A stretch of DNA of 63,038 bases, filler included, from Octopus bimaculoides (GCF_001194135.2; 8 parts of 8 records of this genome joined end to end with filler, not necessarily neighbours in it), one strand, 5' to 3'; shown: positions 38,711 through 51,050, counted from the whole stretch's first letter. Made by a program: numbers and translations. The notes: generated from the letters alone by a model not told the origin.

Positions 38711-38965
38711 ATAGCCCTTCCCGCCCCCCCCNNNNNNNNNNNNNNNNNNNNNNNNNNNNNNNNNNNNNNNNNNNNNNNNNNNNNNNNNNNNNNNNNNNNN
38801 NNNNNNNNNNNNNNNNNNNNNNNNNNNNNNNNNNNNNNNNNNNNNNNNNNNNNNNNNNNNNNNNNNNNNNNNNNNNNNNNNNNNNNNNNNNNNNNNNNNN
38901 NNNNNNNNNNNNNNNNNNNNNNNNNNNNNNNNNNNNNNNNNNNNNNNNNNNNNNNNNNNNNNNNN

Positions 38966-39003
<38 letters not shown>

Positions 39004-39109
39004 CACACATAAACATAGATGTGTGTCTATATATACATATATATACACACTCACACACACACACACCTATATATAAATATATATGTATATATATCTATAT
39101 ACTGTACAG

Positions 39110-39174
39110 GAATTAATGACAACGACTACTACTACTACTACAACTTTGATAATGAAATGTGTTCTGAAAGCCAG
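39110..39174 (+). CDS. Candidate internal exon, phase 1 to 0, unidentified gene
   Basis: ctgtacag|GA ATT AAT...AGC CAG|gtttgg. Translates (G)INDNDYYYYYNFDNEMCSESQ. Phases fit both neighbouring candidate exons. Confidence 0.3.
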
Positions 39175-39468
39175 GTTTGGTCCTATCGGAATCTAGAAGA
39201 ACTGGTGAAATTTTGTGTTTACCATTTTGTCATCTGCCCATTCTTTCCTTCATACAATTTTCCCTTCCTCAAAGACATCATTTATGCGTTATTTTAATTA
39301 GAAATATTTTCTTGTCAAATAAATGTAAGATTATTGGTTAAAACATGGAATTTTTTTCTCTCTTTGTTGTTCTTTTTTTTTTTTCCTTTCCTTTGTTTTT
39401 ATTATTATGTATTTGTGTATTTTGTTGCTGAATTTGTTAACTGTGTGTCTCTTGCATTTGAATTAGGC

Positions 39469-39681
39469 TCAACCATTTTATCACCATAGTTCTGTTGAAA
39501 TATGCCAACTTTAGTTTGGTCAGTTTTGAAAATAATTAACAATTTAGTAAAATAATTTTGTTGTTATTAAGCTGAGTTTTGGAACATAGCATTGACAGTT
39601 TTGATAGGAAGTTTTCATTAAGAAACGAAGTTCATATAAAACCAGAGACAGTCCCAGGTAAGTTGGTAACAAAATGGATGA
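39469..39681. mobile_element. AT-rich MITE of a TTAA-CCC(T)-type family, degenerate
   Basis: Shares TTAAGCTG...TTTGGAACA...TTTTGAT.GAAG.TTT...TTGGTA.CAAAA with the copies at 40645-40999. Confidence 0.55.
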
Positions 39682-39767
39682 GGTGACTTGCCTACATTTT
39701 CAACAACAACAAGAGGAAGTATTGTTTTCATTTGTTTATTTTATTTTATTTAATGGTTTGCTTCCAG

Positions 39768-39807
39768 AACCGAAGGGTAAACACCGATCTTGTTGATGAT
39801 GATGCTG
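39768..39807 (+). CDS. Candidate internal exon, phase 0 to 1, unidentified gene
   Basis: Long T-rich tract, then tttgcttccag|AAC...GCT G|gtaagg. Strong splice sites; only phase 0 is open (NRRVNTDLVDDDA). Confidence 0.4.
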
Positions 39808-40138
39808 GTAAGGACTTTGTGAAGACCCTGAAATAAACCTGTTCCTTTGTAAACATTGTGAGGCAACGTGGTTGAATTGATAAAGCATTCAATTTGCTGA
39901 CTGATTGATCTGTTTAAATTTTGTGTATTTTATTATATTTTAAAGGCAGGAAGCTTTTGCTCTGCATCACCTCAGTATTCCTCATCCAGGAGATTGTTTT
40001 TATGTATTTCTATTCAATTCATCATCATCATCGTTTAACGTCCGCTTTCCATGCTAGCATGGGTTGGACGATTTGACTGAGGACTGGTGAAACAGATGGT
40101 TGCACCAGGCTCCATAAATACATACATATATGTATGTA

Positions 40139-40301
40139 TGACAGGCTTCTTTCAGTTTCTGTCTACCAAATCCACTCACAGTGCTTTAGTCAGTCCGAGG
40201 CTATAGTACCAAGACACTCGCCCAAGGTGCCACACAGTGGGACTGAACACAGGACCATATGGTTGGTAGGCAAGCTACTTACCACACAGCCACGCCTGCG
40301 T
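40139..40301 (-). mobile_element. SINE family A, 5' half
   Basis: Reverse complement GCAGGCGTGGCTGTGTGGTAAGTAGC...CCTTGGGCGAGTGTCTT. Confidence 0.85.
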
Positions 40302-40644
40302 TTCTATGTCTAAATTAGAAATAAGTAAAACGAGTCAACTAAAGAAAACTGTTTATTTATGGATGGAAGACCGTTGAGGACCGCTGTAAAGATGCTTGTG
40401 GCCCTGGGAACACCGGTTGAGAGCCGCTGACCCAGGCACTCTGCAAGTAAACAAATTTTAAAAGAATAATTTGATTAAAAGGAAACGGTGTGGACGTTTG
40501 TCATGCGTGTGTGTAATAGGCTGCGTGGAGTTGTGTCCCTTTATCTGGCAAATGGGTAAGAAAAAAAACTTCACTCTCCAATCCCTCGATGAATTACCAT
40601 ATTTGATGGCCTAAAAAGACGCACCCTTATTTGTTGGAGTAGGG

Positions 40645-40999
40645 TCAACAAATACTGAAGAATTTAATGAAATAACTTTGTCCTTATTAAACTGGTGTTT
40701 GGAACACTAATTAACATGAAATTTTGATGGAAGGTTTTAGTTTAGATCTCTTTAGAATAGGGTGGTTGTCTCATAGAACAAGGATCAGTCTCAGGTGGAT
40801 TGGTATCAAAAGAATTAACCCCTTCCTTACCGCCATTTCTCTTGAAATAAACTGCTTTTGTTTCAGTTTGTGTTGATGATAATAAAGAATTTATCAAAAT
40901 AATTCTGTCTTCATTAATCTGGTGTTTAGAAAATAACCTGATAATTTGGATAAAATGCTTTTAAGAGAAGAATTTTTTGTCATAGAACCAAAGGGTTGA
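40645..40999. mobile_element. Two head-to-tail copies of the same MITE meeting at TTAA 40815-40818
   Basis: Repeated internal blocks; junction ...TTGGTATCAAAAGAA|TTAA|CCCCTT...; right end AAAGGGTTGA. Confidence 0.55.
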
Positions 41000-41025
41000 C
41001 ACATTTTCAAAATCTTCATTGGAAG

Positions 41026-41052
41026 GTGCTGGTCTCCTGTTGCTTCATCCAG
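41026..41052 (+). CDS. Candidate 27-nt symmetric micro-exon, unidentified gene
   Basis: Consensus donor CAG|gtaagt at 41053. Acceptor ttcattggaag is mediocre. Reading frame undetermined. Confidence 0.2.
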
Positions 41053-41126
41053 GTAAGTTTATGTCCCACAAAGCATTCCAATAAATATTTGGTCCCTTTT
41101 TTCCAATAGTACCATTGATTAATTAA

Positions 41127-41356
41127 CCCATTAGTGCCCAGTTTTTTTTTTTTTTTAATTTATTACCAAAAATTGTTTTTTTTTATACAACTTTATCTGA
41201 TACTAAATATATGAAAATCAATTTTATGACAATATTTGAAAGACACTCTAGTCTTGATGATCAACTAAAGATATCTCAGAAAAATACAGTTGTTTCAGAA
41301 ATATGATGGATTATCCTTCTGGTCCTAAATAAAAAAGGGCCATGGGTGCTAATGGG
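41127..41356. mobile_element. piggyBac-like MITE with TTAA target duplication
   Basis: ttaa|CCCATTAGTGCCCA...TGGGTGCTAATGGG|ttaa. The terminal inverted repeats match at 12 of 14 positions, with TTAA on both sides. Confidence 0.75.
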
Positions 41357-42176
41357 TTAAGTAAAGCAGTGTAAAACTGTAGAAAGTTGAGTGAGAAACC
41401 CCAAAGAACCACAAACATCAAGCATCAGATTTGAACTATAACACCTGAGTTGGTATTTCAGTCATTTAAACCCCTCTCTCTCTCTCTCTCTCTCTCTTCA
41501 CATCTGAAATGGTCTGAAGCATCAAGCATCTAACGAGTACACATGCACAAAGGGCAGACTGAAGGTAGCCACTTATTGGAGTGCTTGAAGTTTAAGTGTC
41601 AACAAAAGCTAAACATATTTTGGCCAACCCAGTGAAGTGTTTTGCTCCAGAAGACAATGCATTGCCCAGTTTGGGAATTGAAACTACGATCTTGTGGTTG
41701 GGAGTACAACACCCTAACCGCTGGGCCACACACCTTTACAACTTCTATCTGACTGCATTAGGAAAGGAAAAGAATATCAGCTGATGTCGTCCACTGATTG
41801 TGTTGTGTCTCAAGGACATGAGCACCAACAAAGGAGCCTCTAGGTGGTTACTCGGTCAGCTAGAAATAGCAACTAAACCTACCTCAAATGAGACCCAAGT
41901 GACTAAAACAAAACAGAAAAAAATAGAACAGACACATTAGATAATACAAGTTTGTTGATTGAAAAAAGAAAAAAAAAATGGGATGGTCATGGTTTGGATG
42001 CCTTTGGGTTTTGATTAACTCAAACAGGACTGACCAGGGGTTAAACAATAGTGGAGATAAGCTATTTCGGAAAGCTTTATTCTTCTCTTCCTCCTCACCA
42101 TCATCATGTATGAAACATCTCTTGCGCAACTCAACACTCATGGCCACACACACCACACATCCTCATACCTTGCTCT

Positions 42177-42213
42177 TATGTACAATTGTTGCCATTGGCA
42201 ACATTTGTACATA
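42177..42213. promoter_or_regulatory. 37-bp palindrome centred on an RFX X-box
   Basis: TATGTACAATTGTTGCCA-T-TGGCAACATTTGTACATA: 18-bp arms with one mismatch. Core GTTGCC-ATT-GGCAAC. Confidence 0.4.
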
Positions 42214-42325
42214 GGATCGGTTACACTACACATCATGTATATATATACATATATATATACGTATACATATATAAATACTTATATATATGTACATATATCC
42301 ATATATATATATATATATATACACA

Positions 42326-42391
<66 letters not shown>

Positions 42392-42393
42392 CC

Positions 42394-42431
<38 letters not shown>

Positions 42432-42719
42432 GTGTGCACACATATGTATACGTACATATATATATGAACCTCAGAAGAACAGGTTTTACAGCTTGTGATA
42501 CCATTCCACACACACACAAATCTTTTATTTTTGTTTTCTGTTTTTGTATTAATTTTCATTGTTTTTTTTTTTTTGTTTCCAATGTTGTTTTCTGCTAGTT
42601 CTTTTTTTATTGCTTTTTGTTGTCGTTAGACATTTATTTTGTTTTTCTTTTCCATTTCGTTACAATTAGACAGTCTCATTAATCGCTCATCCGTAACATA
42701 TGAGTGGACCCTTTTTTTT

Positions 42720-43470
42720 TTTATCCAATTGGATAAACTGAGGCACAACAGAGTGCCACGTGACATATACTGAGTCGTCAAATAAAAACTGCTGTGACAG
42801 ACTCAGAGGAACCGACGTAGGCTTAAATAACAAACCGTGATCGGTGAAACTTGATATGGCGACGGATTACTGTATATACATACGTTCATACATACAGACA
42901 GACATGAATGTATGTATATTTGACAGAAGTAATAGAGTGACTCAAGTGCCGAGAGTTTCGTGCGTTAGCTCTTAGCAAATTCAGTTGCAAAACACACACA
43001 CAAACACGCACTCGTAATTCGATCCAAAACGTGAAGTAAGAAACGTCAAAACAAAAGCGCGCGCACGTGTCGACACGCACGCATACAAACACAGACGTAG
43101 AAATATACATACTTGCACGCGCTACACATGCACAAATATAAAGCCTACACGTACACACATTCAAAGACAAACATATACACACAAGCACCCATAGATACAC
43201 ACACGTAATATACATACATATATATACGCTTATATAAACATACACACACATGTATAGTAAGAGAGAGAGAGAGGCATATACATACAAAGGTACCTGCAAA
43301 ACACACATACACGCATAAATACACAGACACCTACATATAAACACACACGCACACGCGCGCACATATCCCCACACAGGAAGCGAAGTGCAGCTGATTGCAC
43401 GTGTCTCTGATATATCCGGTGTGGAGCATGCGCAGTGACGCTGTGTTCATGGCCTACGTAAGATAGGGCG
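42720..43470. promoter_or_regulatory. CpG-retaining promoter-like region
   Basis: TATCCAATTGGATA at 42722, GCCACGTGAC at 42755, ATGGCG at 42856, CAGGAAG, CACGTG at 43398, GCATGCGCA at 43426, donor-like C|gtaaga at 43458. Confidence 0.35.
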
Positions 43471-43773
43471 GTGGTGGTGGTGTTGGAGAAAGTGGAGAAG
43501 AAGAAGGCGGATAAAATTAGCCCCGACTGATTTCAGGTCTCACCGGCAACAAGATTCCTTCTGTTCCGCGTTAATTATTATCCAGTTATAGAAATATCGT
43601 CTGGCAATCATCGTTCACATCTGTCATCTTTTCATATATTATATACACACATATATATATATATATATATATANNNNNNNNNNNNNNNNNNNNNNNNNNN
43701 NNNNNNNNNNNNNNNNNTTAATTAATTAANNNNNNNNNNNNNNNNNNNNNNNNNNNNNNNNNNNNNNNNNNNN

Positions 43774-44048
43774 GTGAAATGATGCATCACTACACATGTT
43801 GATGCCCAGATCTCTTACTGTTTGTGGTTCTGCGATTGCAGTACCTCCAGGCCCTGTGTATGCCAGTTGGGAGTTGCTTGTGGTCTTGTAGCGCAGTACT
43901 TGAAATTTTTTTGCATTGAACTGCATATTATTTTGCTCTGCCCACTCATATATTGCATTTAGGTCATTCTGCAGGCTTACAATATCATCAGGATTCTTTA
44001 TTGCCTGAGATATTTTTGTGTCATCAGCATAGCTAGTGACAGTGGCTC
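43774..44048 (-). mobile_element. CR1-clade LINE reverse transcriptase fragment, cut by a scaffold linker
   Basis: VTSYADDTKISQAIKNPDDIVSLQNDLNAIYEWAEQNNMQFNAKKFQVLRY...VRDLGINM. Intact YADD motif. Confidence 0.9.
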
Positions 44049-44174
44049 TCCGAGTGACCGATCAATTTTACTTTATATCTTTTCGGTAGCGTAGAGAAAG
44101 CACGCAATAAAAATAAGACCATTGAATCAGAATACCTTCCGATTCAAGAATATGACCTGCTGTTTTGAGAAGTG

Positions 44175-44335
44175 GAGGTTATTCTATGTGTTGACACCCT
44201 CCTATTTGACTGGCACCCCGAAAGGATGAAAACCAAAGTTGATCTCAGCTGGATTCGAACGCTGAACGTAAAGACTCAGAACAAATACTACTCGGCATTT
44301 TTTTTCTAATGCTCTACCGATTCTACCAATTACCC
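44175..44335 (-). mobile_element. SINE family B, degenerate
   Basis: CCCCGAAAGGATGAAAACCAAAGTTGATCTC core. Confidence 0.7.
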
Positions 44336-44654
44336 TTACTAATTGTTTCCGAATCAAGCATAAGGCTAAAATTTTCTTAGGTAGACTGATCCTTCGCGGT
44401 GTTTGACTATAGTCAATATAACCGACAATTTCGCAGAATAACTCCTCCTATCAAATTTCTTACCTTGTGCGTATGTAAGGAACTCTGGCAGAAATGTCAG
44501 ACTGTCTGATAAAAGGTCTTGTGGTGTTTATTTACGGCTCTTTATATTATAATTTCAAATGTTACCGGGATCATTCTTACCTTTCATTCGTTTGGGGTCG
44601 ATAGGCTCCAGTCATGTACTGGAGACTGATGGTGTTGATTAACACCCTTTCCAA

Positions 44655-44945
44655 ACTACTGGTTAGAGTGTTGCACTCACGATAGCAAGATAGTGGTTTC
44701 AGTTCCTAGACAGGGTGGCACGTTGTACTCTTGAGCAAAACTCTTCATCTCACGTTACCTTGCGATCACTTCGAAACCTGTCACGTGGTACACCTGTTCA
44801 GGCAACGTCGATTTGATGGAGAGTGAGCTAATGTACTGCACATATATTTCATCACTATGAACAGTTCATTTGTGCAGGTTGTTCGGAAAAAGCTGAACAT
44901 CCATGCATCGTTCTCGACGGGAGAATTGTTTTTCGTCGGTGACGG
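44655..44945 (+). mobile_element. SINE family D-related copy
   Basis: GGTTAGAGTGTTGCACTCACGATAGC...TTGTACTCTTGAGCAAAAC... Confidence 0.55.
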
Positions 44946-44955
44946 CATCGTCGTC

Positions 44956-45021
<66 letters not shown>

Positions 45022-45489
45022 GTTCAGTAGTTTTATTTTTATAACGTGCTTTCACTTCACTACCGAGCGCAGCTCTGTGTGCCTTGGGTATGTGCTGTGG
45101 TTTGCTGTGATGCTCTTATGGTTACTGTATTGAAAGTGTTTTGCGTAGGATGTGTGCAGTGCCCAGTAGTGCAATTTTCTGTATGTTATATATATTTGTA
45201 AGTCCTGGTGTTTTTGTTATGTATTTGTTTGAATATTTTTTTATTATACCTAAGGCACCAGCCTATTTTGCTGGGTGTGATGGAAAGTGTCAGCTGTCCA
45301 CAGCCAGCTGACTAAGGTGACACTTATCTACTGGTCATACTTCAAGAATACTGCGAAGAATTCTTGCAGTTCCAAGCAATGCTGATTTTTGTAGGTGTTC
45401 TACCTTCACACTTGCACCAATCTTTTTCAGTCATGTTGGTAGTTGAGTGCTGACACTTGCAAGTGCGCCAATTACTATTGATATCATGT

Positions 45490-46320
45490 CTCCACTATTA
45501 GCATCAAGAAGACTGACGTGTTATTCCAACCAAAGCCTGGAGCAGAACATACAAGATTCAAACGTGATGATACACAACAAACCACTCAAATGGGTCAAGT
45601 CATTTAAATATCTTGGAAGTACAGTAAACTTTTAAGAGCACTCTTGATGACGAAATCAATGTTAGAATATCTAAGGCTACGAATTCTTCTGGAAAACTTT
45701 CCCATCGTTTGAGGGATGAACTCGGTGTCAGTCTGGAAACTAAAGTAAGTGTATATAGATACTAAAGTTTGAGCAGTATTTGAATGGGGCAGAATCGTCG
45801 ACTGCCTATTACAAACACATAAAGAAACTTGAAATCTTTCACATGTACTGTCTGCGCAATATCTGCAATCTAAAGTGGCAAGATAAGATAGCAAATGTCA
45901 AAATCTTAGAAAAATGTGATATCTCCAGTATCAAAAGCATGCTGCTGAGATAATTCAGTGCAGATGACCGTATTCCAAAACTTCTTTTGTATGGCCAACA
46001 AGCGGGGGGATATCGCGGTAAAGGAAGACCTGTCCTCAGATATAAGGATAAGTTGATGCAATCACTAAAATCTCTACATCTTAACCTGATATCGTGGGAA
46101 TTTCATTGCCTAGCTCGATCTGCATGACGTAAAATGTGTCATGATGCACCAACACAATTTAAGCTGAAGAAAAAGGACAATACAAAATTATATTCTGCAA
46201 TCAACAGATATGTGCCCAATCCCAGGCAAAATGAAAATCATCAGTGTCTCCATTACGCCTTCATAGCAAAATCTATACCTGGACTCAAATTGTATAAACA
46301 CATCCATCACAAGTAGATAC
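45490..46320 (+). mobile_element. RTE-clade LINE, 3' half, degenerate
   Basis: FKYLGS...EINVRISKA...LETKVSVY...KKLEIFHMYCLRNICNLKWQDKIANVKILEKC...RIPKLLLYG...RGKGRPVLRYKDKL. Confidence 0.85.
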
Positions 46321-46440
46321 AGCTTCTTTTGTTCTTTTACTTTAAAAAAAGTTGTTTTCTTTCTTTTCTTTTCTATAACTACTTTCCTTCAAACACTCAT
46401 ACGTTAAAATCAACGGAAGCGAACATCATCATTATTATTA

Positions 46441-46652
46441 AGGCGGTGAGCTGGCAGAATTGGAGCGCACCGGACAAAGTGCTTAACAGTGTTTCGTCTG
46501 CCTTTCCGTTCAGCGCTCAAATTCCACCGAGGTCAACTTTGCAGTTCATCCTTTCAAGATCGCTAAAATAAGTGCCAGTTGATCACTGGGGTCGATGTAA
46601 TCGGCATACTATCTCCCACAAAATTTCAGGCCTTGTGCCTATAGAAGAAAGG
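46441..46652 (+). mobile_element. SINE family B, full length
   Basis: (ATT)n AGGCGGTGAGCTGGCAGAA...GGCCTTGTGCCTATAGAAGAAAGGATT. Confidence 0.9.
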
Positions 46653-46887
46653 ATTATCTTTATTATTCATGCTAAAATACTTTGTGCAGTTTAGTTAGGC
46701 TCCTTAGTTTATATCCTATCGAGATGAACATAGCTGGTGTTGATTTGATCGATTATCGTTCCTTCTTTCATGGCTCCTCAAGTCCTGGAGAAGTTACAAA
46801 TGCAACGTTGTCATAGACATGCAACGTGTATTGAGCATATTAAACCTGGCAGAACTAATTCTTTTCCAGGTTTGAATACAGCCTATT

Positions 46888-46950
<63 letters not shown>

Positions 46951-46974
46951 GACGCCAGCCTTGCACTGATATTT

Positions 46975-47085
46975 TGTTTATGCATTTATTTATCGATCCC
47001 TCTCTGGAAGATAGGGCAAAGTTGACTTCTGCGGGATTTGAACTCAGACGACCAGACAAGAACAATACTGCAAGGTTGTCTATTC
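46975..47085 (-). mobile_element. SINE family B fragment
   Basis: GGGCAAAGTTGACTTCTGCGGGATTTGAACTCAGA core. Confidence 0.65.
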
Positions 47086-49020
47086 GATTCCATAGCGACT
47101 CTGTCTGCTCGCACCCTAAGGAACTGTGCTCATGTTGTAACATGCGTGTCCTTCTGGTGTCTTTTAGTTCGAAATCAATATTGTGTTGCATCTCTTTACG
47201 TTCTTAGTTATTTCTCCAGCAAGTTGGCTCGTTGATGGATCACAATGTTTAATTGTTCTATAATATTTTTCTCGTAAAAACTAATTTTTGGTATCGTCAA
47301 TATAAGGAATGATTAAGAACTAGAACCAAGCCTCTTTATGATCGCTTGACTTGTTTGAAATAAAATCCAACTTCCCTAAATACATACACTATCGTCTTGA
47401 AAAGAAGTGACACATAAAGTGTACTTCGAATTTGTTACTTTCATCGACATTTAATTTCTTATCGTTTCCCTTTGGGCAGTATTATCTTCCACTCATTCAC
47501 TATCACTTCTACTTCACTCTCCTAGCTTATTTAATGCTTCAAAGAGATGTTTTAGGTTTGGCGGAAAAGGAACCCTGTCTCTCCTCTGTATAATATATTT
47601 TTCTATATAGCCATAAGATTGCATCCACTGAACAAATACAGCAGTTACTTGTTTATGTTTTTACCGCATCTCAAACATGATGGAAGATCTCTATTGCTTC
47701 CAGTTTTTGGTTTGAATCTATTTTATCGACTTAGGGTTCATAAAATTTAATGTCGACCACCATCTCAGTTGACTTTATGCTTAAGCTCAGAGCACAATGT
47801 ATTGGATCTAAATACCACCAGTAACTTTTCATTGTGCTACTGTTTGCACCATTGACCATTCTAAGTAATAATATTGATATTGCTGATTTCCAGAATAGCC
47901 ACAAACTATGGTCAATTATATTGAATCAAATTTTTGAATTTTTACTTGTTTTCTAGTCAAATACTTACTGAAAAATAAAATAAAAATAAGATACAAATAA
48001 GCTCAAAATCTGTTGTGAGATATGCTCAAATCTTTTTTCTCGATAAAAACTGCTATAGACTGACGAGACGTAAGTCTATAACGTATGTGGGATAACATGG
48101 TAAGCGAGTCTTCCTCAACAGAGTCATTTAAGTTTTTAGATATAGCAACTACATCTTACATAGATTACACTTTACTGTCTTTATAAGAAACAGAATATTG
48201 CACAATGTAATTAGCTCTCAGGGTCTCTCATGGTTGAAAAGATAACTATCCGCTCATAATTGTTCTGGAGATAATCAAACAGCATAGAAGTATCTCCAAA
48301 CTATTTTATCACCAATTAACTAAAGGAAATTCTATGTACAGCGATGTCTTATTCTAACGACAAGTAAAAAAAAAAAGAGATAACCGAAAAATTAAAGAAA
48401 AAGTAAATACCCTAACTAGACAATTAAATCAATTAAATTAATACACTTGTATCGGATAAGAAATAATATGAATGGGACATTGAGGCGAGGAAAATTATCA
48501 GTAACAGCTTTTGACTATGAATGAAGCACTTGTTCAGTTTGAAAAAAGACAGAATGTTAACCACTCAAGTGATAGGAAAGGGATTATTGTATATCTCTCA
48601 TCCATTCAACGCTATTAGATACAAACTACAGTCCAGTGAGTTCTATAACGGTGGAGTTCCATAAAGGAACAGACGATTAGTGATGGGGATATAAATGCCA
48701 TAATGTGAAATTGTAGTTAGCGCTGTTATTATTATATTAATAGTATTTGTTCTGCCTCTTTACGCTTTGGGCTGAAATTACGCCTAGGGCAACTTTGTCT
48801 TCAATCCTTCCAAGCGCCTATAAAGTACGGGGAGTCGATAAAATCGGTTGTCCTTTTACTCTGAATTTCTGGAATTATTGTAGGAAATCATTATTGTTGA
48901 CGACGGGAAGGACGATAATGTTGATGACATGATGGTAGTGGTATCGTATCTGGAACGTTACTATTGACAATATACGAATTACTGGCTTATCAGCTTGTTA
49001 TGTAAGCATGTATGTATGTA

Positions 49021-49625
49021 CAGGGTGTTCGGGCAAATTTAACAATTTTCATGTAACCTTTTTTCAGGAACAGCTTGATGAATTGGTGAACTGTGAACAG
49101 TGTTGAAATGCATAAAGATTAAACTTGTAGTTGGAAAAAAGTTAACTGACATGGAGGACCGAAAACCATCTAAATATGGGTTCCAAATTTTTTGGCACAA
49201 GGTCAGCAATTTCGAGGTGGGGGNNNNNNNNNNGGGGGGGGGGTCGAAGTCGTATATATCGACCCCAGTGTTCTACTGGTGCATCTTTTATCGACCCCGT
49301 AAGGATGAAAGGCAGAGTCAGCCTCAACGGAATCTGAACTCAGAAAGTAAAGACGGACGAAATACCGCTAATCATTTTGACTGGCATGCTAGCGATTTTA
49401 CCAGCTTGCCACCGTAAGCCGTCTAAACATTGGAAAAAGAGTTACTTATATCATGATGATCATCGACGAGTATCATAATGCCGACATTATGACAGCTGCT
49501 CAATGCTCTGTGAGTACTGTAAGACGTAACATAGAGGGCTGCAACGGAAGCCTCGTAGCCATGGCTAGCAGCAAGGGATACTGCTACAGTTCTGAATACG
49601 TCCGCACGCCGGAATCCATCTCCAC
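49021..49625 (+). mobile_element. Degenerate Tc1/maT-like transposon 5' part, interrupted by a SINE
   Basis: Terminus TA|CAGGGTGT. 49453-49625 reads IMTAAQCSVSTVRR...SEYVRTPESI, resembling the HTH region and SDxxRTPEF motif of maT-type transposases (recalled pattern, not searched). Confidence 0.45.
49179..49413 (-). mobile_element. SINE family B, full length
   Basis: Reverse complement of family B, with a 10-N gap in a G run. Confidence 0.85.
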
Positions 49626-49769
49626 TTCTTTGAACAGAGTATTAAGTGCAATTCTGATGGCTATGTAAAGCTACAGAAGATTGTAGGCAAACTTTGGTTG
49701 GAGAGAGTTGCTGCCGAATGCAATATGTGTTGCAGCAAGATTTTATGAACTCAACCATGTTCTGAAATA

Positions 49770-49822
49770 AGTCGAAAGGTAAGCTACTATAAATCGGCAC
49801 GAACTTTCCGGACAACCCAATA
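49770..49822. mobile_element. Mariner-type terminal inverted repeat remnant
   Basis: Reverse complement TA-TTGGGTTGTCCGGAAAGTTCGTGCCGATTT resembles mariner TIRs. No partner end found. Confidence 0.4.
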
Positions 49823-50164
49823 GTTAATGTTGTTGTTTCAGCACTGATTGAGGCAAACCTATGACTAAAGATATTCCTATCGTGATATATTTCGTCTTTT
49901 GTTTAAACATATGATATCTAAGATGACATACATACATGCACATATACGCATTCACATGTCCATGCACAAATATAAATATTATACATATATACATAATACA
50001 ACTGTTTATATATATATATATATATATATNNNNNNNNNNNNNNNNNNNNNNNNNNNNNNNNNNNNNNNNNNNNNNNNNNNNNNNNNNNNNNNNNNNNNNN
50101 NNNNNNNNNNNNNNNNNNNNNNNNNNNNNNNNNNNNNNNNNNNNNNNNNATATATAGTCCATAT

Positions 50165-50400
50165 TACTCCTGGAGGAGCATAGGGTCAGTTTCTCTATAC
50201 TCCTTATATATTGTAAATATTGATCCCTGAACAGGGCGCCAGTCCGTCGCAAGAGTACTCATTTTTACAAGCGGAGTGGACTGGAGCAACGTGAAAGAAA
50301 GTGTTTTGCACAAGAACACAACATATCGACCAGAAATTGAAACCACAATCTTACGATCATGAGTCCAACACCTTAACCACTAAGCCATATGCCTCCACAT
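50165..50400 (-). mobile_element. tRNA-head SINE family D
   Basis: Minus strand TGGCTTAGTGGTTAAGGTGTTGGACTCATGATC...TTGTGTTCTTG...GCGACGGACTGGCGCCCTGTTCAGGG. Related heads at 44655-44945 (+) and 41625-41735 (-). Confidence 0.7.
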
Positions 50401-51050
50401 TATCCATTGTGCTTCCTCTGTATAAACGTCAGACTAGGATCCATCACCTTAGGTACTAAGCTATACACCTCCACATTATCCAAAGTGGCCTGCTCTTTAT
50501 TTTAAGACGTTTGACTATAATTTAAAAAGAGAACAACTAGAAGCTATTTCTAGTAGGTTCAGCGACCACATAGAGGACCCCCACTTTGGCTCGTTGTAGT
50601 AAAATAGCGTGTTATGAGACGGTGACGATTTGACGAAATGTCAGCGGTAAGGTGTGCTTAAATTACTGTGATTTATAATGATATTCTTTATTCGTTTTGT
50701 CGTATTTTATATATTTTTGAAATGTTATTTTTTCATTTGTGCGCACTAAGAGGAGGCGAGGAGGTCAGTGAAAATGCTGAGTTGGAGGGAATTTCGGATC
50801 TAGTAGGAATCCGAATAAGAAACAAGATACCAGGGGTATACTTAATTCTACCTAACCAACACGTAAGTTAAGACACACTAGCAAACAACATTCCTCTTAG
50901 TTTATGTATGAACACGATCAGGTGAAGGGACTTGCAAACATTTCTGTTTGCGTAAATATCTATCGGGATATATGTCTGTGTTTCTATGCATGTGTATGTA
51001 TGTTTGTATATTTGTCTCTCTCTTTGTTTGTATATATGCATATATATATT

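Noticed and set aside
47664-47720. Minus-strand peptide FKPKTGSNRDLPSCLRC as an LLTP N-terminal exon
   Set aside because: It has no pyrimidine-rich acceptor, lies on a different scaffold piece and is on the wrong side of the known exons.
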